A DNA stretch of 64,000 nt from Myxococcota bacterium (GCA_041687695.1 JAWLBL010000002.1:294761-358760); one strand, 5' to 3'; positions 1-9,510 are shown, counted from the first letter of the stretch. Notes: a model not told the origin generated them from the sequence alone. Numbers and translations: made by a program.

Positions 1-2
1 CG

Positions 3-1523
3 CTCGACGCCGCGGGCGGCGCCCTCGAGGCGACCGGGACGGCGCTGCTCGACATGGCGGGCAAGGGGCCGGTCCGGGTCGGCGACACCCTGTACTACCC
101 GGTGCAGACCAGCGCCACCAGCTTCGCCTTGCGGGCCTACCAGGGCACGACGACCCCGACCGAGCTGTTCAAGGGCTCGGTCGAGCTGCGCTTCATGCAG
201 CTCGACGCGGCCACGGGCAACCCGTGGTACTGCGTGAAGCCGAACGCGTCCGCCAGCCTCCAACTGGTGATGGTGAACGGCAAGACCACGGCCAAGCAGC
301 GCACCTTCAGCGGGCCGAGCTGCGCCAAGATCTCGGTGGCGAAGATGAGCCCCAAGGGCAACTGGTGGCTGGTCTACCAGGGCCTGCAGGCGGGTGACAC
401 CCATCGCATCGAGCGCTGGGACCCGGTCGCCAACACCTCGCTGGCGGTCAACGGGAAGGAGCCCATCACGGTCCACTTCGCGGGCGAGGCCACCTACCTC
501 GAGGCCGACTGTGGGACGAACTGCTTCTCGATCCGTTGGTACGATCCGGCCTCGGGGACCCTCGAGGTGGCGGTCCCGTCGGGTCTGAAGACCTATTACA
601 ACCGCCAGATCCGGACCAGCGTCGACGGCCGCCTGGTCGTCATCGGGCGCGACGCGGCGCCGGGCAACCTGGCGAACCTGTTGGCCCTGCGCGTCGAGGG
701 GAACAAGCTCAGTGAGGACGAGCTGGGGGCCTTCGGCAACGTGTTCCTGCAGGAGGCCTGGTTCGGGCCCAAGGGGCACCTGTGGGCGCGCATCTCGAAC
801 GGCGGCACCGTCGAGATGGTCAGCTTGCACGAGGGCTCCGGTGGCCCGGTCAGCACGCTCCAGTTCAAGACCTCGGGCGGCGGGCACGTGACCTACTACG
901 GCGATCGCGCCCTGGTCGGCGTCGACGGGACCGACAAGGGGCTGTACGTGGCCGAGGTCGTCGACGGCCTGCTCACCGTCGACAAGCTCGATGTCGAGGC
1001 CGCGGCTCCCCACAGCCACTTCCTGCCGACGCCCGACGGCTCCTACGCCAAGATCCCCTGGATCCGCTGGCCGCTCAGCAGCGGCAAGTGGGGGCTCGGC
1101 CGCTGGGTCGACGGCACCCTCGAGGTCGTCGCCGACGACCTGACCGGGCCGCCCATCCACATCCACACCCAGGCCGGCACCGGCCAGCCGTGGTTCGCGC
1201 TCCAGCGCGCCGGCGGGTTCGACTACGTGACGCTCGAGGACGGCGAGCTCGTGACCTGGCAGAGCGGACAGTTCGCCGTGCATCCGCTCTTCATCGGCGA
1301 CTCCAACCTCCTGTGGGGCCTCGCCACGCAGGCGACCGCCGCGGCCGACCGAGAGGTCTGCAAGCTGCCGCCGGCCAAGGAGTGCTGGAAGGTCCCGACG
1401 ACCGAAGGCGCCTTCCCGCTCTGGGGTCCCTTCGTGACGCCCGAAGGGAACGTCTTCGCCCTCCTGTACGACGAGGGCAGCGGCGCGGCCGCGCTGTGGC
1501 GCAACGTCGCGTCGCCGGAGTGA
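3..1523 (+). CDS. Hypothetical protein, 5'-truncated by the window; beta-strand-rich, possibly a beta-propeller
   Basis: The frame is open from position 3 to the TGA at 1523 with GC3-biased codons. Repeating W/G-rich short strands; no family motif recognised. Confidence 0.65.
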   Translation, partial: LDAAGGALEATGTALLDMAGKGPVRVGDTLYYPVQTSATSFALRAYQGTTTPTELFKGSVELRFMQLDAATGNPWYCVKPNASASLQLVMVNGKTTAKQRTFSGPSCAKISVAKMSPKGNWWLVYQGLQAGDTHRIERWDPVANTSLAVNGKEPITVHFAGEATYLEADCGTNCFSIRWYDPASGTLEVAVPSGLKTYYNRQIRTSVDGRLVVIGRDAAPGNLANLLALRVEGNKLSEDELGAFGNVFLQEAWFGPKGHLWARISNGGTVEMVSLHEGSGGPVSTLQFKTSGGGHVTYYGDRALVGVDGTDKGLYVAEVVDGLLTVDKLDVEAAAPHSHFLPTPDGSYAKIPWIRWPLSSGKWGLGRWVDGTLEVVADDLTGPPIHIHTQAGTGQPWFALQRAGGFDYVTLEDGELVTWQSGQFAVHPLFIGDSNLLWGLATQATAAADREVCKLPPAKECWKVPTTEGAFPLWGPFVTPEGNVFALLYDEGSGAAALWRNVASPE

Positions 1524-1663
1524 TGCACGCCAGCGCCGGCGCCGCTCGGGGCTTCACCGTGGGCGTCCCCGCTGGCATCGACGGGGCGCCGCGGAGCCGG
1601 CGCGCGCGACGGCTTCTCTGGTGCGCGTGACGGTCCTATCGTCCTGAGACAGGAGGCACTCCC

Positions 1664-2107
1664 ATGCAGGACAAGGTATCCCTCGCGGGCGGCGTCGCCG
1701 TCGCCCTGCTCGCGCTGCTCACCGCCGCGTGCGCCGCCCCCGGCCCCGCCGTGACCCCGCTCACCGACCCCGCCCAGGCGACCGCCCCCTCGGGCCCGAC
1801 GCTGCTCCTCGTCACCGACGGCTACGAGCTGCACTACCGCGAAGGCCGCGTGTATCAGGTCGTCACGCGCCCCGATCGCCTGCCGAGCGAGCTGCGCGAG
1901 ATCACGAGCTACGACGAGTTCCGCGATCTCTACGAGGTGCGCGAAGGCGCCGATCTCCCCGCCGAGCTGCCCTCCGAGGGCGTGCCGGTCAACGGCTGGC
2001 GCGATCAAGACTGCGTCCGCGCCGGCCACGCCTGCGGGCGCGCGCCCGAGGTGACGCCCAACACCATGATCCAGCTGCGCCTGCGCTTCCCTACCGGACG
2101 CCTGTGA
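1664..2107 (+). CDS. Hypothetical lipoprotein
   Basis: AGGAGG precedes the ATG; hydrophobic signal ending in lipobox-like TAAC. Confidence 0.7.
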   Translation: MQDKVSLAGGVAVALLALLTAACAAPGPAVTPLTDPAQATAPSGPTLLLVTDGYELHYREGRVYQVVTRPDRLPSELREITSYDEFRDLYEVREGADLPAELPSEGVPVNGWRDQDCVRAGHACGRAPEVTPNTMIQLRLRFPTGRL

Positions 2108-2179
2108 CCCCGCCGGGCAGGCGCTCGCGCGGCCACTGACCGGGCGGTCACCGGCCACCGATCGGCCACTGGCCAGCGA

Positions 2180-3304
2180 GTGACCGGGCGCGATTTGCGC
2201 GCCGCGGGGGCGGGGTGGCATCCTAGGGCGTCTGTCACCCCGGAGCCCGCGCTGAGACGTCCCCTCGCCATCGCCGCCTTCGCGCTGGCGCTGCTCGGCT
2301 GCGGCGAGGCCGTCGACGAGGGCGTCCTGGCCGGCGGTCCGCCGCCCGCGCCGGAGCCCCCGGCCGATCAGGCGCTGGCGCTCGCGCCCGAAGAGCGGCC
2401 CCCGGACCGCGCCACGCTGCGCTTCGGGGTCACGCCCGCGGCGGCCGGCGTGACCTACACCCACGAGCTCTTCGACCCGGTCGTGCGCTACCTCGGCCGC
2501 ACCCTCCAGACCCCGGTCGAGCTGGTGGTCGCCCCCGATTACCAGGCGCTCATCGACGGCGTCGTCGGCGGCGACGTGGACTTTGCCCACATGCCGCCGC
2601 TGGCCTACGTCCTGGCGCGGCGCCAGCGGCCCGAGCTTCAGCTCCTGGCGTCCCAGATCGCCTACGGCGCGACGAGCTACTCGGCCTACATCGTCGTCCG
2701 CGCCGACGACCCGGCGGCGTCGCTGGCGGATCTGCAGGGCCGGCGCGTCGCCTTCGTCGACCCGCGATCCACGTCGGGCTACCTGTTCGCCTACGCCGCG
2801 CTCATCGAGCACGGGCTGGCGCCCGAGCGGACCTTCTCCGAGGTCCGCTTCGCGGGCTCGCACATGGCGGCCATCACCGCGCTCCGCGAGGGGCACGTCG
2901 ACGCCGCCGCGACCGCCTCGGGCATGCTGGGCATCGCCGCGCGCGACCTCCCGCGGCCCGCTCCGGGCGCCAGCGACGCGACCGAGCTTCGAATCCTCTT
3001 CAAGGCGGGTCGCATCCCCTACGACGCCCTGGTCGCCAGCCCTACCGTCCCGGCCAGCGGCGCCGAGAAGATCAGGTGGGCCTTCGTCCGCCTGAGCACG
3101 CGCACCGCCGAGGGGCGGACGGTCCTGGGCCCAAGCGACGGCACCAGCGGGTGGGCGCCGGCCGAGGATCGCAGCTACGACGACGTGCGGCAGGTCCTGG
3201 CGCGCGTCGAGGCCCAGCGGGGCCACCGGCTGGACGCGCCGCGTCCCGACCGCGCCGCGCCCGCGGCGCCCACAGAGGAGGCGACCGGTGTCCTTGGCCC
3301 CTGA
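2180..3304 (+). CDS. PhnD/PtxB-like phosphate/phosphite/phosphonate-type substrate-binding lipoprotein (start uncertain)
   Basis: Lipobox LLGC; family motifs DYQALIDGVVGGDVDFA, DLQGRRVAFVDPRSTSGYL, FAGSH, GHVDAAA, IPYD. Confidence 0.85.
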   Translation: MTGRDLRAAGAGWHPRASVTPEPALRRPLAIAAFALALLGCGEAVDEGVLAGGPPPAPEPPADQALALAPEERPPDRATLRFGVTPAAAGVTYTHELFDPVVRYLGRTLQTPVELVVAPDYQALIDGVVGGDVDFAHMPPLAYVLARRQRPELQLLASQIAYGATSYSAYIVVRADDPAASLADLQGRRVAFVDPRSTSGYLFAYAALIEHGLAPERTFSEVRFAGSHMAAITALREGHVDAAATASGMLGIAARDLPRPAPGASDATELRILFKAGRIPYDALVASPTVPASGAEKIRWAFVRLSTRTAEGRTVLGPSDGTSGWAPAEDRSYDDVRQVLARVEAQRGHRLDAPRPDRAAPAAPTEEATGVLGP

Positions 3305-4742
3305 CACCGTCGATCGCATGCTGCGTCGCCGGCGGCGCCACCGGGGCCTGGGCATCCGTGGGCGCCTGGTGCTGTTCGCGACCTGCGCGGTGCTGGGCGC
3401 GATGGGCGCGGCCGGCGGGCTGCTGCTCGGGGCGCAGGCCGACGTCGCCTTCGACGAGGGCCGCGACCGCGCCGCCGCCCTGCTCGAGAGCCTGGCCGTG
3501 CCCAGCGCCATGGCCGTCGCCCAGGGCGCCATCGAGCGGCTCGACGACCAGCTGACCGAGGTGGCGCGCGCCGCGGGGCCGCGCATGGGGCTGTCGTTCG
3601 TCGCGATGCTCGACGTCCGCGGCCGCGTGGTCGCCCACTCGGGCGCGGCGCTCTTCCAGGGGGCGGCCGACGCCCGGATCGGCGGCGGGCACGACCTGGA
3701 TCCCGCCTTCGTCGCGCGCGCGCTCGCGTCGCAGCGGCCCCTGTGGCGTCGCGATCGCGCCGCCAGCGACGCCGGTGTCCTGGATCTGGCGATGCCGGCG
3801 GTCTCCGGGCTGCGCTGGGGCACGCTGGTCGCGCGCTTCGACCTGGCGCCGGTCGCCCGCTCGGCGGCGCGCACCCGGCTGGTGCTCATCTTCGCGGCGG
3901 TCCTGCTGACGGTCGCCATGATCGTGGGCCTGTCCATTGGCATCTCGCGCATCGTGGTGAGGCCGATTCAGATCCTGGCCGACACCGCCGGGGCCCTGCA
4001 GAGCGGTGACCTCGAGGCCCGCGCGCGCGTGCGCACCCGCGACGAGCTGGGCCAGCTGGCGCGCGGCTTCAACGCGATGGCCGAGGAGCTGCAGTCCTAC
4101 ACCTCGAGCCTCGAGCGCCGCGTGCAGGAGCGCAGCCGCGAGGTCGAGCTGAAGAACGAGCAGCTCGAGGCGGTCAACGCGCGCCTGCAGGACGCCGTGT
4201 CCGAGCTGGAGCGTCTGGCGCGCCTCGACGGGCTGACGCAGGTCTACAACCGCCGCTACTTCGCCGAGGTCCTGGACTTCGAGGTGCGCCGCAGCGCGCG
4301 GGCCGAGCACAGGCTGACCCTGATCATGCTGGACGTGGACCACTTCAAGCGGCTCAACGACACCTTCGGCCACCCGGCCGGCGACGCGGTCCTGCGCGAG
4401 CTGGCGCAGATCCTGACCGCCTCGCTGCGCTCCACCGACATCGTCGCGCGCTACGGGGGCGAGGAGTTCGTCGTCCTGATGCTGGACACCCCGCGGGCCT
4501 TCGGCCTCGAGCTGGCCGAGCGCCTGCGGGCGGCCGTGGCCCGGCACGACTTCACCGCGGCCGCGGGCGAGGCGGTCGGCTCGGTGACCGTCAGCGTCGG
4601 CGTGGCCGCCTACCCGGACGACGCGACGGACGGCGACCGGCTGGTGTCGCGCGCCGACCAGGCCCTGTACGCCGCCAAGGCCGCCGGGCGAAACGCCGTG
4701 GTCGTCTGGGACCCCGGGATCGCGCCCGCCGGCGCCTGCTGA
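3288..4742 (+). CDS. Membrane diguanylate cyclase (2 TM, periplasmic sensor, HAMP, GGDEF)
   Basis: GAGGAGG before GTG; two TM segments; HAMP (RDELGQLARGFNAM); DGLT..NRR, DVDHFK..ND.FGH..GD, RSTD I-site, RYGGEEF. Confidence 0.93.
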   Translation: MSLAPDTVDRMLRRRRRHRGLGIRGRLVLFATCAVLGAMGAAGGLLLGAQADVAFDEGRDRAAALLESLAVPSAMAVAQGAIERLDDQLTEVARAAGPRMGLSFVAMLDVRGRVVAHSGAALFQGAADARIGGGHDLDPAFVARALASQRPLWRRDRAASDAGVLDLAMPAVSGLRWGTLVARFDLAPVARSAARTRLVLIFAAVLLTVAMIVGLSIGISRIVVRPIQILADTAGALQSGDLEARARVRTRDELGQLARGFNAMAEELQSYTSSLERRVQERSREVELKNEQLEAVNARLQDAVSELERLARLDGLTQVYNRRYFAEVLDFEVRRSARAEHRLTLIMLDVDHFKRLNDTFGHPAGDAVLRELAQILTASLRSTDIVARYGGEEFVVLMLDTPRAFGLELAERLRAAVARHDFTAAAGEAVGSVTVSVGVAAYPDDATDGDRLVSRADQALYAAKAAGRNAVVVWDPGIAPAGAC

Positions 4743-4755
4743 CGCGCGGCGGCCT

Positions 4756-5343
4756 TCACGGAGGCGGGGGCTTGCGGACCTCGACGGCGGGCAGCGGGAC
4801 CGCGGCTAGCGCCTGCAGCAGCGGGCCGATCTCGGCGTGCGCCTGCATCAGCCCGCGGTGGGCCGGCCGGATGAAGCCCTCGGCCGACGCCTGGCTGAGG
4901 AAGGCCAGCAGGTGGTCGTAGTAGCCGTGGGCGTTCAGCAGCCCGACCGGCTTGGTGTGCAGCTGCAGCTGGGTCCAGGTGGTGACCTCGAAGATCTCCT
5001 CGAGCGTGCCCCAGCCGCCCGGCAGCGCGATGAAGGCCCCCGACAGGTGCGCCATCACCGTCTTGCGCGCGTGCATGCTCTCGACCACGATGAGCTCGGT
5101 CAGCCCGCGGTGCGCCAGCTCGCGCTCCTCGAGCTTGTGCGGGATGACGCCGACGACTTCGCCGCCGGCCGCCAGCGCCCCGTCGGCGACGGCGCCCATC
5201 AGCCCGACCCGGCCGCCGCCGTAGACGACGCCGACGCCGCGACGCGCCAGCTCGTGTCCGACCGCGCGCGCCACGTGGAAGTAGCGCTCGGGCACGTCGT
5301 CGCTGCTGCCGCAGTAGACGCAGACTCGCTTGAACTGTCGCAT
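4756..5343 (-). CDS. LOG family nucleotide 5'-monophosphate phosphoribohydrolase (TIGR00730-like)
   Basis: VCVYCGSS, YGGGRVGLMG, SMHARK, PGGWGTLEE (PGGxGTxxE). Confidence 0.93.
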   Translation of the reverse strand: MRQFKRVCVYCGSSDDVPERYFHVARAVGHELARRGVGVVYGGGRVGLMGAVADGALAAGGEVVGVIPHKLEERELAHRGLTELIVVESMHARKTVMAHLSGAFIALPGGWGTLEEIFEVTTWTQLQLHTKPVGLLNAHGYYDHLLAFLSQASAEGFIRPAHRGLMQAHAEIGPLLQALAAVPLPAVEVRKPPPP

Positions 5344-5434
5344 CGGGGCTCCCCAAGGGCGGACGGGTTCGACGGCTCGCGAGCCTACGACCCCGTAGCC
5401 CTCCGGGCCAGCCTCATGTCCCCAGGGCGCCCGC

Positions 5435-5776
5435 TCAGACGTGCATGTCGACGAGGACCCGGCGGGTGCCCCGCGCGAGGCCCCGCTGGCGCGAGCCCAC
5501 CGTGCGCCTGAGCAGCGTGCGCGTGTTGTCGAGCGCGCCCGAGATGGCGGCGGCCAGCGTCTCCGAGGTCTCCTCGGCGTAGAACTGCCCGCCCGCGTCC
5601 ATGTCCAGGGTGATCCGACAGATCTTCGACTGCGCGTTGCGCGCGTCGACGACCCGCACGGTCGCCCGCCGGATGTGCCCCGAGAAGCGCTCGAGCGCCC
5701 CCTGGACGCGACCCTGCACCTGCGCGCGCAGCTCGGGGTTGAGCTCGACGTGTCGTCCGCGAACCTCGACGTTCAT
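5435..5776 (-). CDS. hpf: HPF/RaiA family ribosome-associated protein (short form)
   Basis: MNVEVRGRHVELNPELRAQV N-terminus and the S30AE fold pattern; SD GAAGGAGG upstream; 113 aa. Confidence 0.8.
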   Translation of the reverse strand: MNVEVRGRHVELNPELRAQVQGRVQGALERFSGHIRRATVRVVDARNAQSKICRITLDMDAGGQFYAEETSETLAAAISGALDNTRTLLRRTVGSRQRGLARGTRRVLVDMHV

Positions 5777-6038
5777 GACGGCCCTCCTTCGAGGCGACTC
5801 GCCCGCGAGCGCCCACCGCGTGGGTCCCGCCGGCGTCCCGTGTCGCCTCCTTCGGGTGGTACGAGGCACCACCGTGGGACGACTGGATAGGCGACACAAC
5901 CCTCCGCCAGCCAACCCCCCTAAGTGCACGAAATCGCATGCGTGGCGACGCCCGGCGCCCCACCCGCCACCGCGCGCCCCGCGATCGTGCGCGCCGTGTT
6001 ATGCTCCGCCCGCACCTCCCACCGACCAAGGCCACACC

Positions 6039-6311
6039 ATGCTCGCCATCGAGTCGCAGGACGGAACCGTCTACACCTTCGGCCCCGGCGCCCGCTTCAG
6101 CATCCAGCCGCTGGGACCGCGCCCGAACGGCGAAGGCCCCGATCTCCAGCTCTTCGGCCTGGTCGGCCACGAGGGCCAGCAGGGCTTCATCCTCGTCCAG
6201 GGCGAGCACCCCTCCGTCGAGGCCGCCATGCGCACCTTCAAGCGCCTCCTGGCCGCGGGCCCGATCCGCTTCATCGGCCACGACGAGCTGGTCACGGCCA
6301 AGCAGGCCTGA
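6039..6311 (+). CDS. Small hypothetical protein (90 aa)
   Basis: GC3-biased frame MLAIESQDGTVYTFG...; TATGCT -10-like hexamer at about 6000. Confidence 0.6.
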   Translation: MLAIESQDGTVYTFGPGARFSIQPLGPRPNGEGPDLQLFGLVGHEGQQGFILVQGEHPSVEAAMRTFKRLLAAGPIRFIGHDELVTAKQA

Positions 6312-6341
6312 ACCCGGCCGCGCCGCGCTGGGCCGACGCGA

Positions 6342-8639
6342 TCACCAGAGCCAGCGCCAGCCCACGGCCAGCGTGAGCTCCAGCGGCAGGCCCAGGAGAT
6401 CGGCGCGTCGTGAGATGTCGACCAGCGCGGGGTGGCGGTAAGCGTCATCGACGTGCTCGAAGGCCCAGGCCAGGTCGACCTGCGCGAACAGGCGCTGCCA
6501 CAGCGACAGCGTGCCGCTCAGCTCGGGGCCGTGCGACCACGAGACGCCGCGCAGGCCGTCGTCGATGGCGCGGCGTGTGGTCAGGCGCCAGCCGAGGCCG
6601 GCGCTGGCCTGGAACAGCGAGCCCTGCACCAGCTCGCGCGCCCACCCGGCGGCCAGGCCGAAGTCGAGGGTGAACGGGCAGTTGTCGAGCCCGCCCGGCG
6701 CCTCGAAGTCGCAGACGCCGCCCGCGAATCCGGCCGCGCGGACCTGGGCGAGGTCGGCCAGCTGGTGCTCGCGGGGACGCTCGACGCGGGCGCGCACGAA
6801 CAGCTGGTGGGGCGAGTAGCCGAAGCCCTGGAGGTAGGTCAGGTCGACGCCGCCCGAGAGGTTGGCCGCGAGCCCGATTGCGCGGCGGGGCGGTCGATAG
6901 AGGAAGGCGTTGGCGAGGCTGCCGCCGGCCAGGTCGACCGCGGTGGCGTCCAGGGCGCCGCCAGCGTGTTGCTGCAGGCGGGCGACGACCCGCTCGAGCA
7001 CGCCTCGGACGGCGCGGCGGACGGCGATGGGCTCGGCGGAGACGGGCGCGCCGTCCAGGCGCAGGTCGCGGTAGGCATACCCGTGGGCGTGCAGCGCCTC
7101 GAGGAAGCGCGTCGAGGCGTCGACCTCGCGGGCGTCGGCGCTGGCCATCAGGCGCGCTCGGACGTCGAGCAGAGCGGCCAGGAGCTTGACCAGGTTGGCG
7201 TCGTCGGGCCGTGCGGCGAGGCCGCGGCAGGCGGGAACGGCGGCGGGGTCGGGCGGCTCGGGCCCGAGCAGGGCGTGGCGGTAGCAGTCGAAGGCCAGCG
7301 AGCGGAAGGGGGAAGGCGCGGACACGCCGTCTCCGAAGCCGAAGCCGGCGGCGTGCAGGTAGCGCCAGGCGTCGACCATGCCCAGGTAGAAGTCGGCGCG
7401 TCGGAAGTCGCGCTCGAGGAAGCCCGAGAAGGTGTTGAAGTGCTCGCTGGCGAGCGGCATGCGCCGCACCGGCGCGACGAGGTTGGCGCGGCCCTCGAGC
7501 GCCTCGAGGAACTCGGTCACGCCGGTGTTGCGGACGTGGCGCAAAAAGTGCGGCGTGAAGTCGGTCACGAGATCGAGCACCCCCTCGATGTCGAGGTCCG
7601 GCGGGTCGTTGGGCTCCCAGGGGACCAGCTTCGCGCTGAGGAACAGGAACCGCGCGTCCCCGTCTTGCGCGGAGGCGGGGCGCCAGGCGGCCAGCTGCTC
7701 GGCGAAGCGCAGCGGCATGTTGTCCAGCATGCCGCCGTCGAACACCAACGTCTCGGCGATGGGGCCGAGCCGACCGTCGGCGAGGCGCTCGCGGTAGGCG
7801 AGGGCGACGGGTGAGAAGATGAGCGGCAGCGCGACGCCGCCCCGCAGCGCCTGGTAGACGTGGGGGCGCGGCACCGGGGCGTCCACCGTGGCGACGTCGC
7901 CCAGCACGACGAGGACCCGCGGGTCGCGCACCGCCTCGAGATCGGCCAACGTCAGGTTGTGGAACGAGGGCGCCTCGCCGGGCCCGGCCCGCACCTCTAG
8001 GACGAGCTTCTCGATGAGCCGGTCGACGTAGGCCTCGCCGTCCGCGTCCTGCCAGCGCGTCGCGCCGTCCGCGTCCGGTGGGTCCCGGCCGGTCACCAAC
8101 GGCATCGGCCGCCCCGCCAGCCGCGTCAAGGTGAAGCCGATGCGCGCCCGGCAGCCCGACGGGCGCCATCGCCTGCCCTCGGTCCACAGCGCCTCGAGCC
8201 GCGCGATGGCCGCGTCGATGGGCTGCCACGACAGGGCGCCGGGCAGTCCGTTCGGGTCGTTCGGCGCCAACAGGCCCTCGATGCCCACCGGGATCCAGGC
8301 GTCCCAGAACACCGACCGCTCGGGCTCGTCCTCGTCCTGCAAGCACGCGCTGAGCGCCGCCAACACCACGTTGACCGACCCGGCCGACGCCCCCGTCATG
8401 ACCGGCGGCGCGCCCGCCCCATGCGCGTCCTCACCCACCAGCGCGCGCATCGTCACGTACAGGAACCCCGCCTGATAGGCGCCCATGCTGGTCCCACCCC
8501 CGGCCGTGATGGCGGTCGGCCTGCGCCCACCGGCGCGCACCTCGGGCTGGGCTTGCGCCGCCGCCGGCGCCGCCGCGAGCAGCGCGACCGACAACGCCGC
8601 CGCGACGCACCACGCGGATTGGCCGTGAGGGGGTGACAT
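6342..8639 (-). CDS. Secreted patatin-like phospholipase with a C-terminal beta-strand-rich (possible OM barrel) domain
   Basis: Signal peptide; GGGTSMG oxyanion motif, GASAG nucleophile, DGG catalytic Asp; amphipathic strands ending ...LAVGWRWLW. Confidence 0.85.
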   Translation of the reverse strand: MSPPHGQSAWCVAAALSVALLAAAPAAAQAQPEVRAGGRRPTAITAGGGTSMGAYQAGFLYVTMRALVGEDAHGAGAPPVMTGASAGSVNVVLAALSACLQDEDEPERSVFWDAWIPVGIEGLLAPNDPNGLPGALSWQPIDAAIARLEALWTEGRRWRPSGCRARIGFTLTRLAGRPMPLVTGRDPPDADGATRWQDADGEAYVDRLIEKLVLEVRAGPGEAPSFHNLTLADLEAVRDPRVLVVLGDVATVDAPVPRPHVYQALRGGVALPLIFSPVALAYRERLADGRLGPIAETLVFDGGMLDNMPLRFAEQLAAWRPASAQDGDARFLFLSAKLVPWEPNDPPDLDIEGVLDLVTDFTPHFLRHVRNTGVTEFLEALEGRANLVAPVRRMPLASEHFNTFSGFLERDFRRADFYLGMVDAWRYLHAAGFGFGDGVSAPSPFRSLAFDCYRHALLGPEPPDPAAVPACRGLAARPDDANLVKLLAALLDVRARLMASADAREVDASTRFLEALHAHGYAYRDLRLDGAPVSAEPIAVRRAVRGVLERVVARLQQHAGGALDATAVDLAGGSLANAFLYRPPRRAIGLAANLSGGVDLTYLQGFGYSPHQLFVRARVERPREHQLADLAQVRAAGFAGGVCDFEAPGGLDNCPFTLDFGLAAGWARELVQGSLFQASAGLGWRLTTRRAIDDGLRGVSWSHGPELSGTLSLWQRLFAQVDLAWAFEHVDDAYRHPALVDISRRADLLGLPLELTLAVGWRWLW

Positions 8640-8793
8640 CGAGACCTGACGAGTGGGAGGAGGGCCCACCTTACCGCCTGTTCCGCGCGCCCGGATGCAA
8701 GTGGCGCTTGGAGGGCGGCCCGCGGTTCGGGGAAAACCGCCCCGGCCCGCTGTGTTACCTTCTCGCGCCGACCCAACCGACGAGGTCCCGACC

Positions 8794-9510
8794 GTGTCCC
8801 TCCGCCGCATCACCGACGCCCTCAACGCCGAGCTGGCCGGCCTGACCTTCGCGCCGCCGGTGGCCTACGTCTACAACCCCCTGGTCTACGCCCGCGCGGC
8901 CTGGGACGCCTACTGCGACCGCTTCGGCGCCGGCCCGCGCGAGGTCCTCTTCCTGGGCATGAACCCGGGGCCGTTCGGCATGGCCCAGTGCGGGGTGCCC
9001 TTCGGCGAGGTGAGCCTGGTCCGCGACTGGCTGGGCATTCACGCGCCGGTCGGCAAGCCGCCCAAGGAGCACCCCAAGCGCCCCGTGCAGGGCTTCGACT
9101 GCCCCCGCAGCGAGGTCAGCGGCGCCCGCATGTGGGGCTGGGCCCGCGACACCTTCGGCACCCCCGAGGCCTTCTTCGCCCGCTTCTTCGTCGCCAACTA
9201 CTGCCCGCTGGTCTTCATGGAGGACTCGGGCCGCAACCGCGTCCCCGAGAAGCTCCCCAAGGCCGAGCGCGAGGCCCTCTTCGCGGCCTGTGACCGCGCC
9301 CTGCGCGCCACCATCGAGCACCTGCAGCCCCGCTGGATCATCGGCATCGGCAAGTTCGCCGAGGCCAAGGCCCGCGACATCGCCAGCGACCTGGACCTCT
9401 CCATCGGCAGCGTCCCCCACCCGAGCCCCGCCAGCCCGCTGGCCAACCGCGGCTGGGCGCCCCTGATGACCGCCTCCCTGGCCGAGTTGGGCGTTCTGAC
9501 TGCGCCCTGA
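8794..9510 (+). CDS. SMUG1-family single-strand-selective uracil-DNA glycosylase
   Basis: YVYNP, GMNPGPFGM, GVPFG, SEVSG, NYCP, HPSP are SMUG1 hallmarks. Confidence 0.92.
   Translation: MSLRRITDALNAELAGLTFAPPVAYVYNPLVYARAAWDAYCDRFGAGPREVLFLGMNPGPFGMAQCGVPFGEVSLVRDWLGIHAPVGKPPKEHPKRPVQGFDCPRSEVSGARMWGWARDTFGTPEAFFARFFVANYCPLVFMEDSGRNRVPEKLPKAEREALFAACDRALRATIEHLQPRWIIGIGKFAEAKARDIASDLDLSIGSVPHPSPASPLANRGWAPLMTASLAELGVLTAP

Noticed and set aside
5777..5900. Known raiA-motif ncRNA upstream of hpf
   Set aside because: I could not match the conserved raiA-motif sequence as I recall it, and the region is shorter; reported only as an unknown structured leader.
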